59,036 nt of DNA from Pseudogymnoascus verrucosus (Eukaryota). The stretch lies in assembly GCA_001662655.1 (NCBI GenBank), contig KV460282.1. One strand, given 5' to 3'. This document shows positions 38,701 to 51,007 of the stretch, piece by piece (the stretch's first letter is position 1; every line of letters starts with the position of its first letter). The translations under genes were made by a program, and so were the position numbers. The notes beneath the pieces were generated by a model. It was not told the origin of the DNA and searched no databases. It saw only the letters and a program-made list of their open reading frames with translations.

Positions 38701-41077
38701 TGCGTTTAACAAGTACATCGCCACTCGCACTGGGGCCGCGGCGCTGAAGCCTAGGGCGGAGAAGTTGGTTCAGCCTGGACGGCCGCTGAAACTCACCTTA
38801 GATGGGGTGGGAAGTCTGGATTCATTCTACTTCTCCGACGACCCTACTGTAGGCGCTACGGTACCAATCGCAAATGGGGAGGTGGAAATCAGCGTCCGCG
38901 CTGTCGGCTTGAACTTCCGCGATATCCTCATCGCGATGGGCGAGATGAGCGATAACTACCTTGGTAACGAGTGCGCTGGTGTCGTGACACAGGTTGGGGA
39001 GGGGGTCACGCATGTGTCTGTCGGTGATCGCGTGGCGGTGTGGTGTCTGGGGTGTTTCGCGACGCTGATGAGGAATCCGGCTGATACGGTGATGAGGATC
39101 CCTGATGATATGGATTTTGTCACCGCGGCTGGGTTCCCCATTATTTACGTCACGGCGTATTACGCCTTGGTTCACTTGGCGAGGATGCAAGCTGGGGAGT
39201 CAGTCCTGATTCATGCTGCTGCTGGCGGGGTTGGACAGGCGGCGATCCAGATCGCGCAGAGGTTGGGTGCGGAGGTTTATGTGACTGTTGGGACCGGGGA
39301 GAAGAAGGCGCATATCATGTCCCTCTTCGGCATCCCCGCGGAACGCATTTTTAGCTCTCGCGATGTCAGTTTCGAAGCTGGCGTGAAGCGCGTCACCGAC
39401 GGACGCGGCGTGGATGTCGTCCTCAACAGTCTTGCTGGGGAATCCCTCCGTGCGAGCTGGCGGTGCGTTGCGCCCTTCGGGCGATTCGTGGAGTTGGGCA
39501 AACGCGATATTGAGGCGGGTGGACGCTTGGATATGGGGCCTTTCGTGCGGAATGTTGTGTTTGCTAGTGTGGATATTACGGCGATGTTGAGGCTTAATAG
39601 ACGACTTGGGGCGAGTATGTTTAGGGAGGCTATGGAGATGGGGATGGAGATTCGGAGGGAGCTTGAGGGGGAGGGAATGGGGGAGGGAGGGGCGAATCCG
39701 GTGAGGACTTGGGGGTTTGGGGAGGTGGGGGAGGCGTTTAGGCATATGCAGGCCGGGAGGCATGTGGGGAAGATTGTGGTGGTGCCGGGGGAGGGGGATG
39801 TGGTCCAGGTATGTTCTTCCAGCTTTCCCAGTTTGTCGTCAGGGGATGATGATGCTAATCCGTACCAACAGGTCATGCCTCAACCGCTCAAGGGCGCGAA
39901 ATTCCACGCCGACGCATCATACCTCCTCGCCGGCGGCCTGGGCGGAATAGGTCGCAGCTTATCGATGTGGATGGTCGCCAACGGGGCACGGAATCTCATC
40001 TTCGTCTCTCGCTCCGGCGTCTCGAATGATGCTGCCCGCGAGCTCGTCAGCACGCTCATGGGGAAGGGTGTCCGCGTTGAGGTCATAGAGTGCGATATCG
40101 CCGACGAGGTTAGGCTGTTCGACTCGCTCAACACGTCGTTGAGGACTATGCCGCCTATTCGCGGGGTAATTCAGGGCGCGATGGTTTTGCGTGATCAGAT
40201 CTTTGCAAATATGCCTTATGAGACTTTCGTCTCTGCCTTGCGTCCCAAGGTGCAGGGTTCGTGGTCCTTACATCAAGCTACGCTGGACCAGCCGCTCGAT
40301 TTCTTCGTGCTTTTGTCGTCTGCCTCCAGTTTCTTAGGGAATGCAGGACAGGGTAATTACGTTGCAGCATGCACATACCAAGTCGCCCTCGCCCAACATC
40401 GTCTCGGCCTCGGCCTCCCAGCAACCGCAATCGATATCGGCAAAGTCGCCAGCGTCGGCGTCGTAGCCGAGAGCAAGGATTCCACCATCGAAGAGAACCT
40501 CATCCGTATCGGACTCAAAGACATCCAAGAGGCGGAACTCCACGCTATCATCGAGCTGGCTATGCTTCCCAATGCTGTGGGTGTGACGAATGGACATCTC
40601 ATTACGGGGGCGCATACGAGTCTTGATCCTGGTGCTGATATCGCGGATTTACCGTTTTGGAGTCGCGATCCGGTGTTCTCCCATCTTGACGCCCTACGCC
40701 CTCATCTCGCGCGCGCAGCAGACGGCTCAGGCGGTGCTTCGTCCGCGGGTCGCGCGAGTCTGAAAACCCTTTTGGGAAGCGCACCATCGAAATCCGCAGC
40801 CGTAGCCACGGTTCTCGAAGCCCTCCTCGCGAAACTCGCGCGCGCGCTGGCGATGCCGGTAGCGGAGATTGATGCGAGCAGGAGTACGGCGGCGTATGGG
40901 ATCGATTCGTTGCTCGCGGTTGATATTAGGAATTGGATCTTTAGAGAGGCGGGTAGTGATGTGGCGGTGTTTGAGGTGTTGCAGGCGGGGAGTGTGGGGG
41001 GATTGGCAGGGAGGGTGGTGGAGGGGAGTGCGTTTTTGGGGGCTGCTGCTAGTAAGGCTGGTAGCGGCGACGAGTGA
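32718..41077 (+). CDS. Highly reducing iterative type I polyketide synthase KS-AT-DH-(pseudo)cMT-ER-KR-ACP
   Basis: Exons 32718-33242, 33302-39808, 39872-41077. KS: DTACSSS, EAHGTGT, NIGHLE. AT: GHSSGE, AYHSHHM. DH: HQVQDTVIYP, HPATLD. MT: LELGAGTG. ER: LIHAAAGGVG. KR: GGLGGIG, VLRD, GQGNY. ACP: GIDSL. Confidence 0.97.
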
Positions 41078-41703
41078 GTGGGTAATGAGGGGAGGGGAAG
41101 AGAGGAGTGAAAAACAGGGGGGTCATGGGGGGGTTAAAGCATATTTTCGGAGCGTGGCTGCGGGTTTGGTCGGGTTGGGGGGTTCAGCATCTTTCCCTTT
41201 TTTCTTTTTTGTTCTTGTCCTCATCATCATCCATCGCTCTCGCGCCTCTTTTTTTTTGTTCATTTTTTTTGGCGGGGGTCTGGATCGGGGCGTTTTATAG
41301 CATGCGGGTCGGCGGATTGGGGGGGGTTTTGTGTTGCATAATTCGGAAGGGTAGGGGGGGAGGTTGTATATGAATGAGATCTATGAGATGAAGATGAGTG
41401 TATTTAGCGGGTGGAAGAAGGGGGGGTAGTATATATGTATATGTGTGATTGATACCATTTAATACGAGTATTTGAGAGATCAATTTTGTGGTTTGTGTGT
41501 TTGTGGTGTCTTGTGTCTTGTGGTTGTGGAGGGGGTGTTGTGGTGGCGTTCGTGGTGTGTGTAGTTGGTGATTAATATTGTTTGCTCCCCTTACTTCCGA
41601 TTACCGCATCTACCCCCTCCGCACGCCTATAGTCCCGTGTGCGGAACGACAAACGTAAATGATATATGACAAACCACCCGTCTTCTCGAACAAACGAAAT
41701 CGA

Positions 41704-41742
41704 CGGATTGGTCGCGGATGGTCACGGATTGGTCGCGGATGC
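41704..41742 (+). repeat. 21-bp direct repeat rich in CGG triplets and CCAAT (ATTGG)
   Basis: CGGATTGGTCGCGGATG x2 with 21-bp period. Confidence 0.7.
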
Positions 41743-43457
41743 CGCGTTTGGGCGGGACGGGAAGCAAGGCTCGCGCTAGAATGTGGTGTGGAATGTTTAC
41801 CCCTCCCTTCCCTACCTTCCAAAGGAAAAAGAGGGGAAAAGGAAGGGAAAAGGAAGGAAGAAGGAAGACGGGAAATGGAAGGGAAGGGGAGGTGGGGTTT
41901 GGGGGGTTATATGGTGCGAGATAAGTCGGCGGTTGGATTGTAGGCAGCGATGTTGGAGGGTTTTGGGGGCTATGCAGGCAAGGTTGGGGGCGGAGACCGG
42001 AGGACGGAGGGTGCGTGTTGGGGGCCGTTTATTTGTATAAGCGGCTGTGCAGGGTTGGTGCGAAATATATGTTTCCGTTTGGTTGGTTTGGTGTCTTTTG
42101 AGGGGTCCGGTACTGTCGAGGTAGCAATCTATTAAATATATTAAGGCATCATTGTGTAGAGCGGGTGGGTTTGTGGTCGTGAATGAGTTGGCTGTGGTGG
42201 TTATTGATACGATGCTGAGGAGGCGGAGGCTTGTTAAAGGAACAAAGCTTGACAATCGGGTTCCTCTTGTAAGGATTCATATACCCCGGTATCTACATTT
42301 TTAAGTCGATCAAGGCAAGCATTAGCGTTTATCCGGCGTGGGGAGGAGGGTGCCAGCTGTCATCGGGGCTCTATTTCGCGTCCTACTTCTGTGCGATGAA
42401 GCCAGTCATCCCTGTTCATTTGCCATGCAAATCATATCATCGTAATTGCCAACTTTCCCATAAACCGGTCGTTCCTGCCAACTTACCAATAAATCTTGGT
42501 TGTTCCTGCCTTATATAACTGTTGGGTTGGTTGCGCTTGCCTATTTATATATTAATGTTATGTCGATCGTGGTTGCAATTTTTATAGCAACATACAACGA
42601 CGGTGATTCGTGGTCTCCAACCTAAAGCGCGATACTGGACGCTATTGCGCAGTACAGCTGTCACATCACTTGCCAGCTTTGTGCTCTTAGAGTTGATACT
42701 GGGATACTGGGAAGTTAGACGGTATACGCGCGCGCAGTGAAAGGCTGATCGCGCATCAGCCAGGGAAGCGCAGGCGGCGGGGATGTGAAATCTTGAGAGA
42801 GATAGGGTTCTCTCTGCAAATGCCATGTTGCCCCGCGGAGATGCGGATAGTATCCACTGCGATGGATGGGTTAGGTCGTCTATTTTGTAGCGCGAGGGAT
42901 TGTCCGCCAACGCACGATCCATGCTAGAGAGCGATGTTTGGCTGTCGAGGATGAGATGGCTCATACTAGGCCGAGAGTGGGGACGAGCGCGGGTGTAGCC
43001 GCTGACATGCTGATGAGCTTATTGCGTTGGGGTTGAGTATATATGCTCTTCTATTCCCTGGCTTAATCTCTTTTTGCAGGAAGTTCTTTCTAATACCGGT
43101 TTCGTTGAAGGACCGCGCTCCCATCCTACGCTTGTAGGTGTTGGCTCCTTTCTGGTTGTGCGAAGTTTCGGATGATATATTCTGGCCTATTAATAAGCAC
43201 AGGTCAAGCAAAGCTGAAAGCGTGGAAGGATTCCTGTGTGTGGGATTCTAGAGGTGTAGCGTATTTTGTGTGTAATGGATTTGGCCTGGGTCCTTGGCTG
43301 CATGGAGGGTTGCATTGTAGCGGTTAAAGGATAGGTTGAGCTTTTTGCTCTGCTAGGCTTGGGTATTGCATATATCAGTGGTGTCGCAGCTGTATATATC
43401 CGTGGGGATGCAGGCATTAACGTGATACTCGAGCGCGAAGCTTCAAAAATCTTCAGA

Positions 43458-45174
43458 ATGGCTTGTGTCAACCCTGACTGCTCCTATATGCACGATGCCA
43501 CCGGCTTGTTGTTACCCCCAGTCCTGCAGCCAAATCCCGACATCTCTGGGATCGGGGTGAGTCTCACCGCATTAAAACTGTCTGGTAAAGTTGCTGCCGC
43601 CATTAAGAAAGCCCTCGGCGCGATTTGGGGGACTTCTGGTTGAGGTAAGTACATGACAGCGCTGCCTCATATGCCGAGACATACCTAATCCAAGAGCTAA
43701 ACTTCGTTCCCAGGCTATCCTAGCAATGAGCGATGCACAAATTGTCACAGGACTCTCCATACTCATTGGTGGCTTCTCGCAAATCAATTGCGGCCTTTCT
43801 ATTTTCCATTGGCACATGGTGGTCCGCCTTGCGTGGTTCTCATCCGTGACGCATCTTACAACACTGACATTCCTCCGGCGATATATCCAAGATAATAGTG
43901 CGATTAGGATACTGAGGCTGGTTCTCATGTTGGTACTTATGCTCATGCTAGCTGTTGCCCTTATCCCGACTGGTGGAGAGTGTGGATTGGAGAATTATGA
44001 ACGTGGGTATCCATCTACGTACGGCAACACTAGCACCAACGAGTTGAGGTATTTTGGTTTTCATCCAGTGTATCCAGGATCGCCAGGAAAGTGTTGTTTT
44101 TTGGCGATGTCTGATAAAGCCGGCTTCATAGGCACCAAAAATAAATTCGACGTCATGATGGTATCGGAAGGCTAATCGGTAGCTCCCTTACGAGAGTGTT
44201 CAAACTCTTCCGCGGGAGCTCTGGGTTTTCGAAGACATGGCTGAGGCATAAACCTGCGAAAATGTGCAAACGTATCGCAAGTAAGTTGGAAGAGCGGTAT
44301 TACGATTCCTACTTAAACTCAGCGCGCGGCATGTACATTGCTTGCTATTGCGCTATCATGGCGTTTATAACTTTTGCACGAGCTATTTATGATTGTGTTG
44401 ACTCCTTACTTTTTGAGGTTAGTCAACTTATATCGGTCTTTTCTACCATATGCTAACAGACGTGTAGATTGTCTGGCTACTCTTTTCATTGGCTTGGGGA
44501 ACCCTACGAATATTCCTAGACAGAATGATAGCAGGTGTAGATTTTGCAATTACACAGGATAGTAAGGAAGACGTTGTGCTGCAAGAGAACTCATGGGAGT
44601 TTGGGCAACTTGTCCCCACATTGTTGCTAATCATTCCCTTATTTAGTCTTCTTGAAGGCGCCATAGGTATGCAAAGCATTTGATTCCTAGAGAAGTTTAT
44701 TTCCGATCTAACCATACATAAGGGATATTGAAATCCAAGTCTACTAATTCTATACAAGATGATACGGCATCTGCTCTTGATGAAGCTTGGTTGTCTAAGA
44801 GACTATTGGAGGAGGAACAACTTGGCGGCCTTCCACTTTGCACAGGCCTATATGCTGAGCTGGACATAGTCAATGCCGTTGAAATGGTAAAATTGCTAGG
44901 AACTGGGGCCGACCCTGCCGACATGGAGAACGACCTTGGCTCTAATGTTCAGAGCTCGCCCAGCACAGCCACTAGACACCAGTCCGGCGTGTATAGTAAA
45001 CACCCTCCACAACCTGAGACAGAACAACAACTAAGAAGTTCCATACACCGATGGTTTAATAAGACAATCTATAACATATGTGTATGGCTTTGGAATATTT
45101 ATGGTGGCCTCCTCATTTTTGACTCTCGCCGGCATGCTCCTTATGGTAGCAGGCAACGAAGACAAGCTAGTTAA
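43458..45174 (+). pseudogene. Disrupted multi-TM fungal hypothetical membrane protein (SDxQxxTG...HW...LAWFSSxTH family)
   Basis: PNPDISGIG and AILAMSDAQIVTGLSILIGGFSQINCGLSIFHWHMVVRLAWFSSVTHLTTL, plus WEFGQLVPTLLL. The TM exon expected after GIG appears to be missing, and there is a frameshift at ~44170 (MMVSEG* vs LIGSSLTRVFKLF). Confidence 0.65.
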
Positions 45175-45350
45175 TTTATTGCTCCATGGTGATAGAAATA
45201 GCTATGCGCGTGGATAAGATAAAGTAGGGGTCCAGTTGGGAGCCAAGGGATATATATTCACGCCGGACCATGTATTGTTCCACGTTGTAGTTAGTTACAT
45301 ACCGAGAAAAGTATACCCAAAACAATAATAGACGCCAAACTGTTCGCGAG

Positions 45351-46578
45351 ATGGTACATGCCGTAGGCCGCATTCTCAAGGGCCAGAGGGCATCCTACGA
45401 AATCCTCGCCTTTCTGAAAGGGCAAACTGTAGCCAAAGCCAAAACCCTCCCCTTAGGACCCGGTTTGAGGCCTGAGCCAGGCCTGTGCATTCCGCCTGTT
45501 GCTGTTTACTGTCGCATGGGACTAACAGACAGTCCAGGGTAGTTATCAAGGACCTTATTTTTGAGCGCGAATTGGATACCCATCGAATTCCTGCTATCGA
45601 AGAGAGCCCCTACATTCGGCAGTTGGTAGATGTTATCCATCCCGAAGATGGGGCGCGGCGCCCGGGGAACCGAAGAAGCTGGTTTTCGAATGGATGGATA
45701 CTGATCTATGGAAATGCCGGCCACACGGAAATCTTTCGCACCCAAATCTTCCTCAAGTGATTTCAAAATCGGTATTGGAAGCCCTTGCCGTATTCCAAGG
45801 CCTCAATGCCGTGCATACAGGTCTACAGCCATCTTGAGCCCATGCGAAAAACGCACTAACATACTATAGACATTAGCCCAAACAATGTTCTTCTATCCAA
45901 CCTCGATCAGCCATTTCCTACCGTCAGAGTAAGCGACTTAGACCAGGGTAAGGATAGAAGATATTGACGGCTTCCTATCTCTCTGACTTTAGAACAGCAT
46001 TCATGGAAGGCGTTAAGGGCGGAGAACGCGAATGTCCCCAAACGCTCGAAACTCGCGCCCCAGAGGTATGGAAAGGCCTTGATGCCTGGCCTATCTCCGA
46101 CGTGTGGTCCGTTGGAGTAACGGTAAGCCCTTCATTCCCGCATACTGCCGCTCCTCGAAGCTGACGTGATTGCTAGCTCGTGCACTGGCTCATGTCCAAA
46201 ACTCCCTTTGGGCCCGGCGGGAAAATAATCAAGGACCACACTGACGCGTGGTGCATGGCCAAGCTGATGAGGCTCAGAGGGCGCTTCGACATGACGGAGG
46301 AGATGGAGCGGTATGGCGAATGGCAGCTAGCGGTTGGATTGGAAGCCATGGACTTCAAGGACCCTAAAACGGGTGATATGAGGCCTTATATTGTGGGAGG
46401 AACGCTCGAGGAAGAGTTCGAGAAACTGCCGCGCGAGCTCTGTTCACGAGAGGGCATAGAGTTTATTTTATACCTCTTGGAGCTGGACTGCAAGAAGAGA
46501 CCGACAGCGCTGGAGGCATTGGAGCATCCTTTTATCAAGTCTATTGTTACTCGACAACAACAACAAGACCTCAACTAG
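45351..46578 (+). pseudogene. Fungal Ser/Thr protein kinase-like gene with an apparent 1-nt frameshift
   Basis: VVIK, LVFEWMDTDLW, VHT|DISPNNVLL, VRVSDLD, TRAPEVW, SDVWSVGVT, KRPTALEALEHPF; the frame breaks at ~45650-45668 (HPEDGA / APGEPKKLVFEW). Confidence 0.7.
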
Positions 46579-46734
46579 TCGCGATGGGGCTGGAAACCCG
46601 CACATGGTGGCTACCTATAAATTCCACTCACTTATAATAGAATATCGATATTGTATATTGTAGCACACCTCTTTAACCCCCTAATAAAATAACTATCTTG
46701 CAGCAAACCAGCTGCTGCTTTCGGCTGCTTTCTT

Positions 46735-48259
46735 TTAAACTTTGGGAGGGCTATCCTCTGATTCTGTTTTGCCAGGGCTTCCCACTGACTCTGCAGTTGG
46801 CGATTCAGGTGATGCCTCTTTCGTTGTACCTACATCCTTAGGTCTTTGTCCGTATGCCACAATACTATAATTGTCAGTATTTACTCCGCCCACTGTGGAA
46901 CTTGACACACTCACAACTCATAATATGTATGATACCTCAAATTCTTTACATCCCTCCTTAACGCAACAAGAAATACTTCTGTTTCTTCCTTGGTCCAGCC
47001 GAACGCTTTACTGAAAGCCATCAAACTGAAGGCACTAGCACCTTGCAGCAGACTTTGCATCTCGAATGCGCCAATGAGCTTCAATCTCTTGTTGAGCGGC
47101 CAAGGGCCCGTAGGGACTTTATACCGTTTCTCGACGACATTCACAAATCCTGCTTCGCGGAGGTATTTGGCGAAATTGTTTGGTTCTAACAATGACCAGC
47201 CAACGATTTGGCTAGCTTCGATGACTTTGGTGGAGAAGATGGGTACGCCACTTTCAGGGGGTGCAGAATCATCATCGCAGTTGGGGACAGGAAGGAGGCA
47301 TTGCAGCTCAAGGTAGCCTCCGGGTACCAGCTGTCTAGGGGAATAAAGTGAGCGGAGACGAACAAGAGGAGAGTGGTGGGATGACGGACTCGTAACATTG
47401 CCCGACGAGGCGCGGCCAGTCTTTAATAGAAAAAAGGAAATCGCGTGAATGAATGAAATCGAATTTCTGATGGTAGGTGAATTGCTCCTCGACGTCATCT
47501 ATTTCGAAGTGGCAGTTAGGAGGCACCCTATCCATAGTCAGATCTGCATTCACTATCCAATTTGCACTGCGAAGTGGTATCGTAGAGTGACTAACCAATC
47601 TGGCTGGATAGGAGCGACGTCGACACCAAGAACGTCCGCAGACGGAAATTGGTCTGCGAAGTCTATAGCCCAAATACCTTTCATAATATTAGAACCCCTT
47701 CATATTTAGGGCTGATTAGACCTACCACTACCAGTCCCAAGGTCAAGTACTCGGTGTGGGCTTGAGCCTATCGGAGCTAGAAACAATTCTTCATCTAGCA
47801 ACATGCTGTACATCCTATGTTTCATGTCGATACGATCCAATTCGTCCCCGTCTATGGGCATGCCATACCCTGCACATGTCAGATACGACTTTGAGGCTGT
47901 CCACTCACATCTTACCGCTTTTACCATATGCAGCATATGTTCGACCATGCTCATCTACACCTCTCAAGATACTCGAGGTGATAGAAGTCGTTGAATCACC
48001 ATATCTAAAGCACCATTAAAAACAAGTATAGAGCTTGGAAATTGTAAAACCAACAGCGAGTCGGCATCAAAGACTGCTCCCTCGTCTTCAAACTGCGATT
48101 ATCGTCTTAGCATCGAATCACACAATTCCGCCACAATAGCAGGTTGACAAGCTAGCGGATCCCCCGGATTATAACCATATAGAAATGAGAAATGAGTGTG
48201 AGAGGAGCATAAGCAAATTTGTAAAGACGAACATCGGGATCAGCTTCGATTCTCTGCAT
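46735..48259 (-). CDS. LaeA-like (TAM-type) class I SAM-dependent methyltransferase
   Basis: Multi-exon: MQRIEADPD|...HGRTYAAY..|[95 protein letters not shown]; stop at 46737-46735. Confidence 0.88.
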
Positions 48260-48700
48260 CCTTCATATACCGTACGGGGAAGGCTGCGATCATGTATCTT
48301 ATATCAACGAGTTTAAAATTAAATGCCGAGTCCCGTGCATGCATTTACGGGTTAGGCGTAGATAACAGACAGATCATTGCGCTGTTGAATGATGAACATG
48401 AGTTATTTGTATATGGAAGACCCGTCGTGGCTTCGGAAATGAAGCAATTGTGAAGGGGGCTCTGTATGAATCCAGGCCCCACTTTTACATATATCCGTCC
48501 GATGCAAGGGAGGCGCAACGGCCCGACCGATGGAATGCTGATCAACCAATCACTGATGTCTTCTTCTCTTGTGTTTGAAGTCTACCCCGCCCTCATTTGA
48601 CCAGCCACTTCCGTGGGATTTCTTTTGACTTTCTTGTGTAACATATCACTTGCCAACCATTCCAGTATATCCAAGAGTATTTCTAGGGCCAATCAGCAAC

Positions 48701-50070
48701 ATGGTCATTAAGTCAAAGTTAGTTAGGGATGCTGAATCTTTGCTTGAGGCAGCAAAGGTCTACGATGTTGAGGGAGCAGACAAACGTTCCAGGTTGGATC
48801 TAATAGCTAGGCTCGATGCTCTGCGCGAGGGCTTGGAGGATCCTGTTGAGAAGATGTTCAGCCAGATCACCAATGTACGTTTTATTTGACATATACCCTA
48901 TTTCACGCAGACATTAATTCAGCGTAGTACTCGCAAACAGCAGCTGTGAATACATTGCTACAGCTCAAGGTCTTCCACAGCATTCCCCGGGAGGGCAGCA
49001 TAACTGCCAAAGAGCTCGCTGTAATTGTGAATGTTGATCTCGAGGTTCTCAGTATGCACAATTACCAGTTGAGCCTATCACGCAAGGCTAACATCTACCT
49101 TCAGCCCGTCTCATGCGGATCCTAACCGCAACCAACATCTTCCGCTCCGTGGCTGAAGACACTTATGCGCATACCAAGTTCTCACTTGTCTACATTGATG
49201 ATGTGGCAACCGACTTCTTCACCCTCTGTGTGGACGAAGTAGCTCCTGCCGCCCATCGTCTCCCTGAATACATGTCCACGCACGATTCTGCAGGTATTCT
49301 GAATCCTCGCACCTCCCCCTTTGCGTGGCATAATGACCGGGAAGGTAAGAACTTCTACGAGTGTTTGCTGGAGTGGCCTGAGCGACTACAGCGGTTTAAC
49401 ATTGCTATGACAACGCAGGAAGCTGCGTTGCCAGTTCTTGGCATGTTCCCGTTTGCCACACTGCCTGCCTCTATTGACACTAGTGACCCTGAACGTGCTT
49501 TCATTGTCGATGTGGCTGGTGGCCGTGGTCAAAGCTTACTGCAGATCACCCGGGAAATCGAGGAGAGTGGGGTGACGGGGATAGGTAGAGCGATTCTAGA
49601 GGATCGGGAGAGGGTGTTGGATGCAATTCCCGCCGATGCCCTACCTGGAGTGGAAAAAGTACCCATTGACTTCTTCACACCACAACCAATCAAGAGTAAT
49701 TGCCCCCTCAACAGTTCCTGGCAATATACTCACATTTGTAGACGCACATGTCTATTACCTCCGCCGCATTATGCACAACTGGCAAGACCGCGAAGCTATC
49801 GTAATTCTGTCGCACATTGCCGAAGCCATGGCACCAGATTCTCGTCTTCTGATTGGCGAGATGGTAGTACCTGAGGTGCCGAAAACAGGCTACGAAGGTT
49901 TGGATATGACGGTGTACTGGATGGATATGTGCATGTTAGTTATCGGAGGGAAAGAGAGAAGTGAAAAAGAATTTAAGGCGATCTTAGATTCGGCGGGCCT
50001 ACGGCTGGTTAAGATCTGGTGGAGCCAGTTGGGCAGTCAGACAGTCCTGGAGTGTCAGTTGAAGGAGTAG
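48701..50070 (+). CDS. O-methyltransferase (Methyltransf_2 / fungal secondary-metabolite OMT family)
   Basis: ATG 48701; N-terminal dimerisation region RLMRILTA; FIVDVAGGRG, DFFTPQP, YYLRRIMHNWQD, GGKERSEKEF; three introns. Confidence 0.9.
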
Positions 50071-50912
50071 GTAGATATGAGTTTAAGACGAGGTCAACGG
50101 TGGTACATTGTCTATGATATAGACCTACTTGTTTAGAGCTCCAAATTTTCAGTATCAGCATTACGCACCTACATACACACACAGATGCACATAGCTTTGT
50201 CTAGTGACACTGTTGCAGGTTAGTCGGCCGTCTAAGCTTTCACCGCGGGCCGACCCGCCCCCACATGGGCTCATTTTACTAATATGACCAATGCGACTAG
50301 TGTATTAAAAGGAAGAAGGAATGTCGAATCGGCTTGAACCTCAGATTCGTTTGTCAAGGCGCTATTAGAGATGGATGTTCTAGAAGCAGAGCTGAAGGTC
50401 AGAATTAGAGCGCAATATTTGAACTTTGAGCTGAACCGCGGAGATTGTGAGACGAATACTCGATGTCTAGATTTAGGACCTAAATAGCACGCCTAAAGCT
50501 AAAAAAATATCACTAGAACATGTGCGTCTCCAAACCCTGTAGCACTCGATATTTTGCCCGCTCTGCCTGAAGGGGACGGGAAAAGAGTGCATTGTTGTGG
50601 CGGATTCAAGGATGGTCCGATCTCAGCTCACCCGACAAGCTAACCGCCGTTGGAACGTCGATGATTGTTGTATGGAGGCGGGGCCACACCGGTTTCTTGA
50701 TGCGCACTTGTCTCCCATTATTTTACTACATTTCCTTTCGGCAAACTTGGTTCTCTTTGTAGCTGCTTTAGGCGCTGCTTTCTGCAGCTGAGTTGCCAAA
50801 CTCTCATGATGCTCTAACGCTTGGATGTCTAATAGATCATCGGCAAGGACTAGACATATCTGAGCAAATCAGGGACGCCAAATCTAGAGCGAGGTTGAAG
50901 GCAGTAAGCAGC

Positions 50913-51007
50913 CTCTTGTTAGGATCCGCTCTGTCGGCAGCGAGAAGATGCTCCACCACCTGCTCGTGGCTATCTTTCGCCGCCAGCGACAGTGGTCTGC
51001 AGCCATC
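50913..51007 (-). pseudogene. Isolated ankyrin-repeat remnant
   Basis: Minus frame DGCRPLSLAAKDSHEQVVEHLLAADRADPNKR matches the ANK consensus G.TPL..AA..GH..VV..LL...AD.N; an in-frame TGA lies just upstream and there is no larger ORF. Confidence 0.5.

Noticed and set aside
33514..40787. Many 60-330 aa ORFs antisense or out of frame to the PKS (and similarly over INCENP, MFS, NAM9 and the phosphoesterase)
   Set aside because: Expected by-products of GC-rich coding sequence; no domain motifs.
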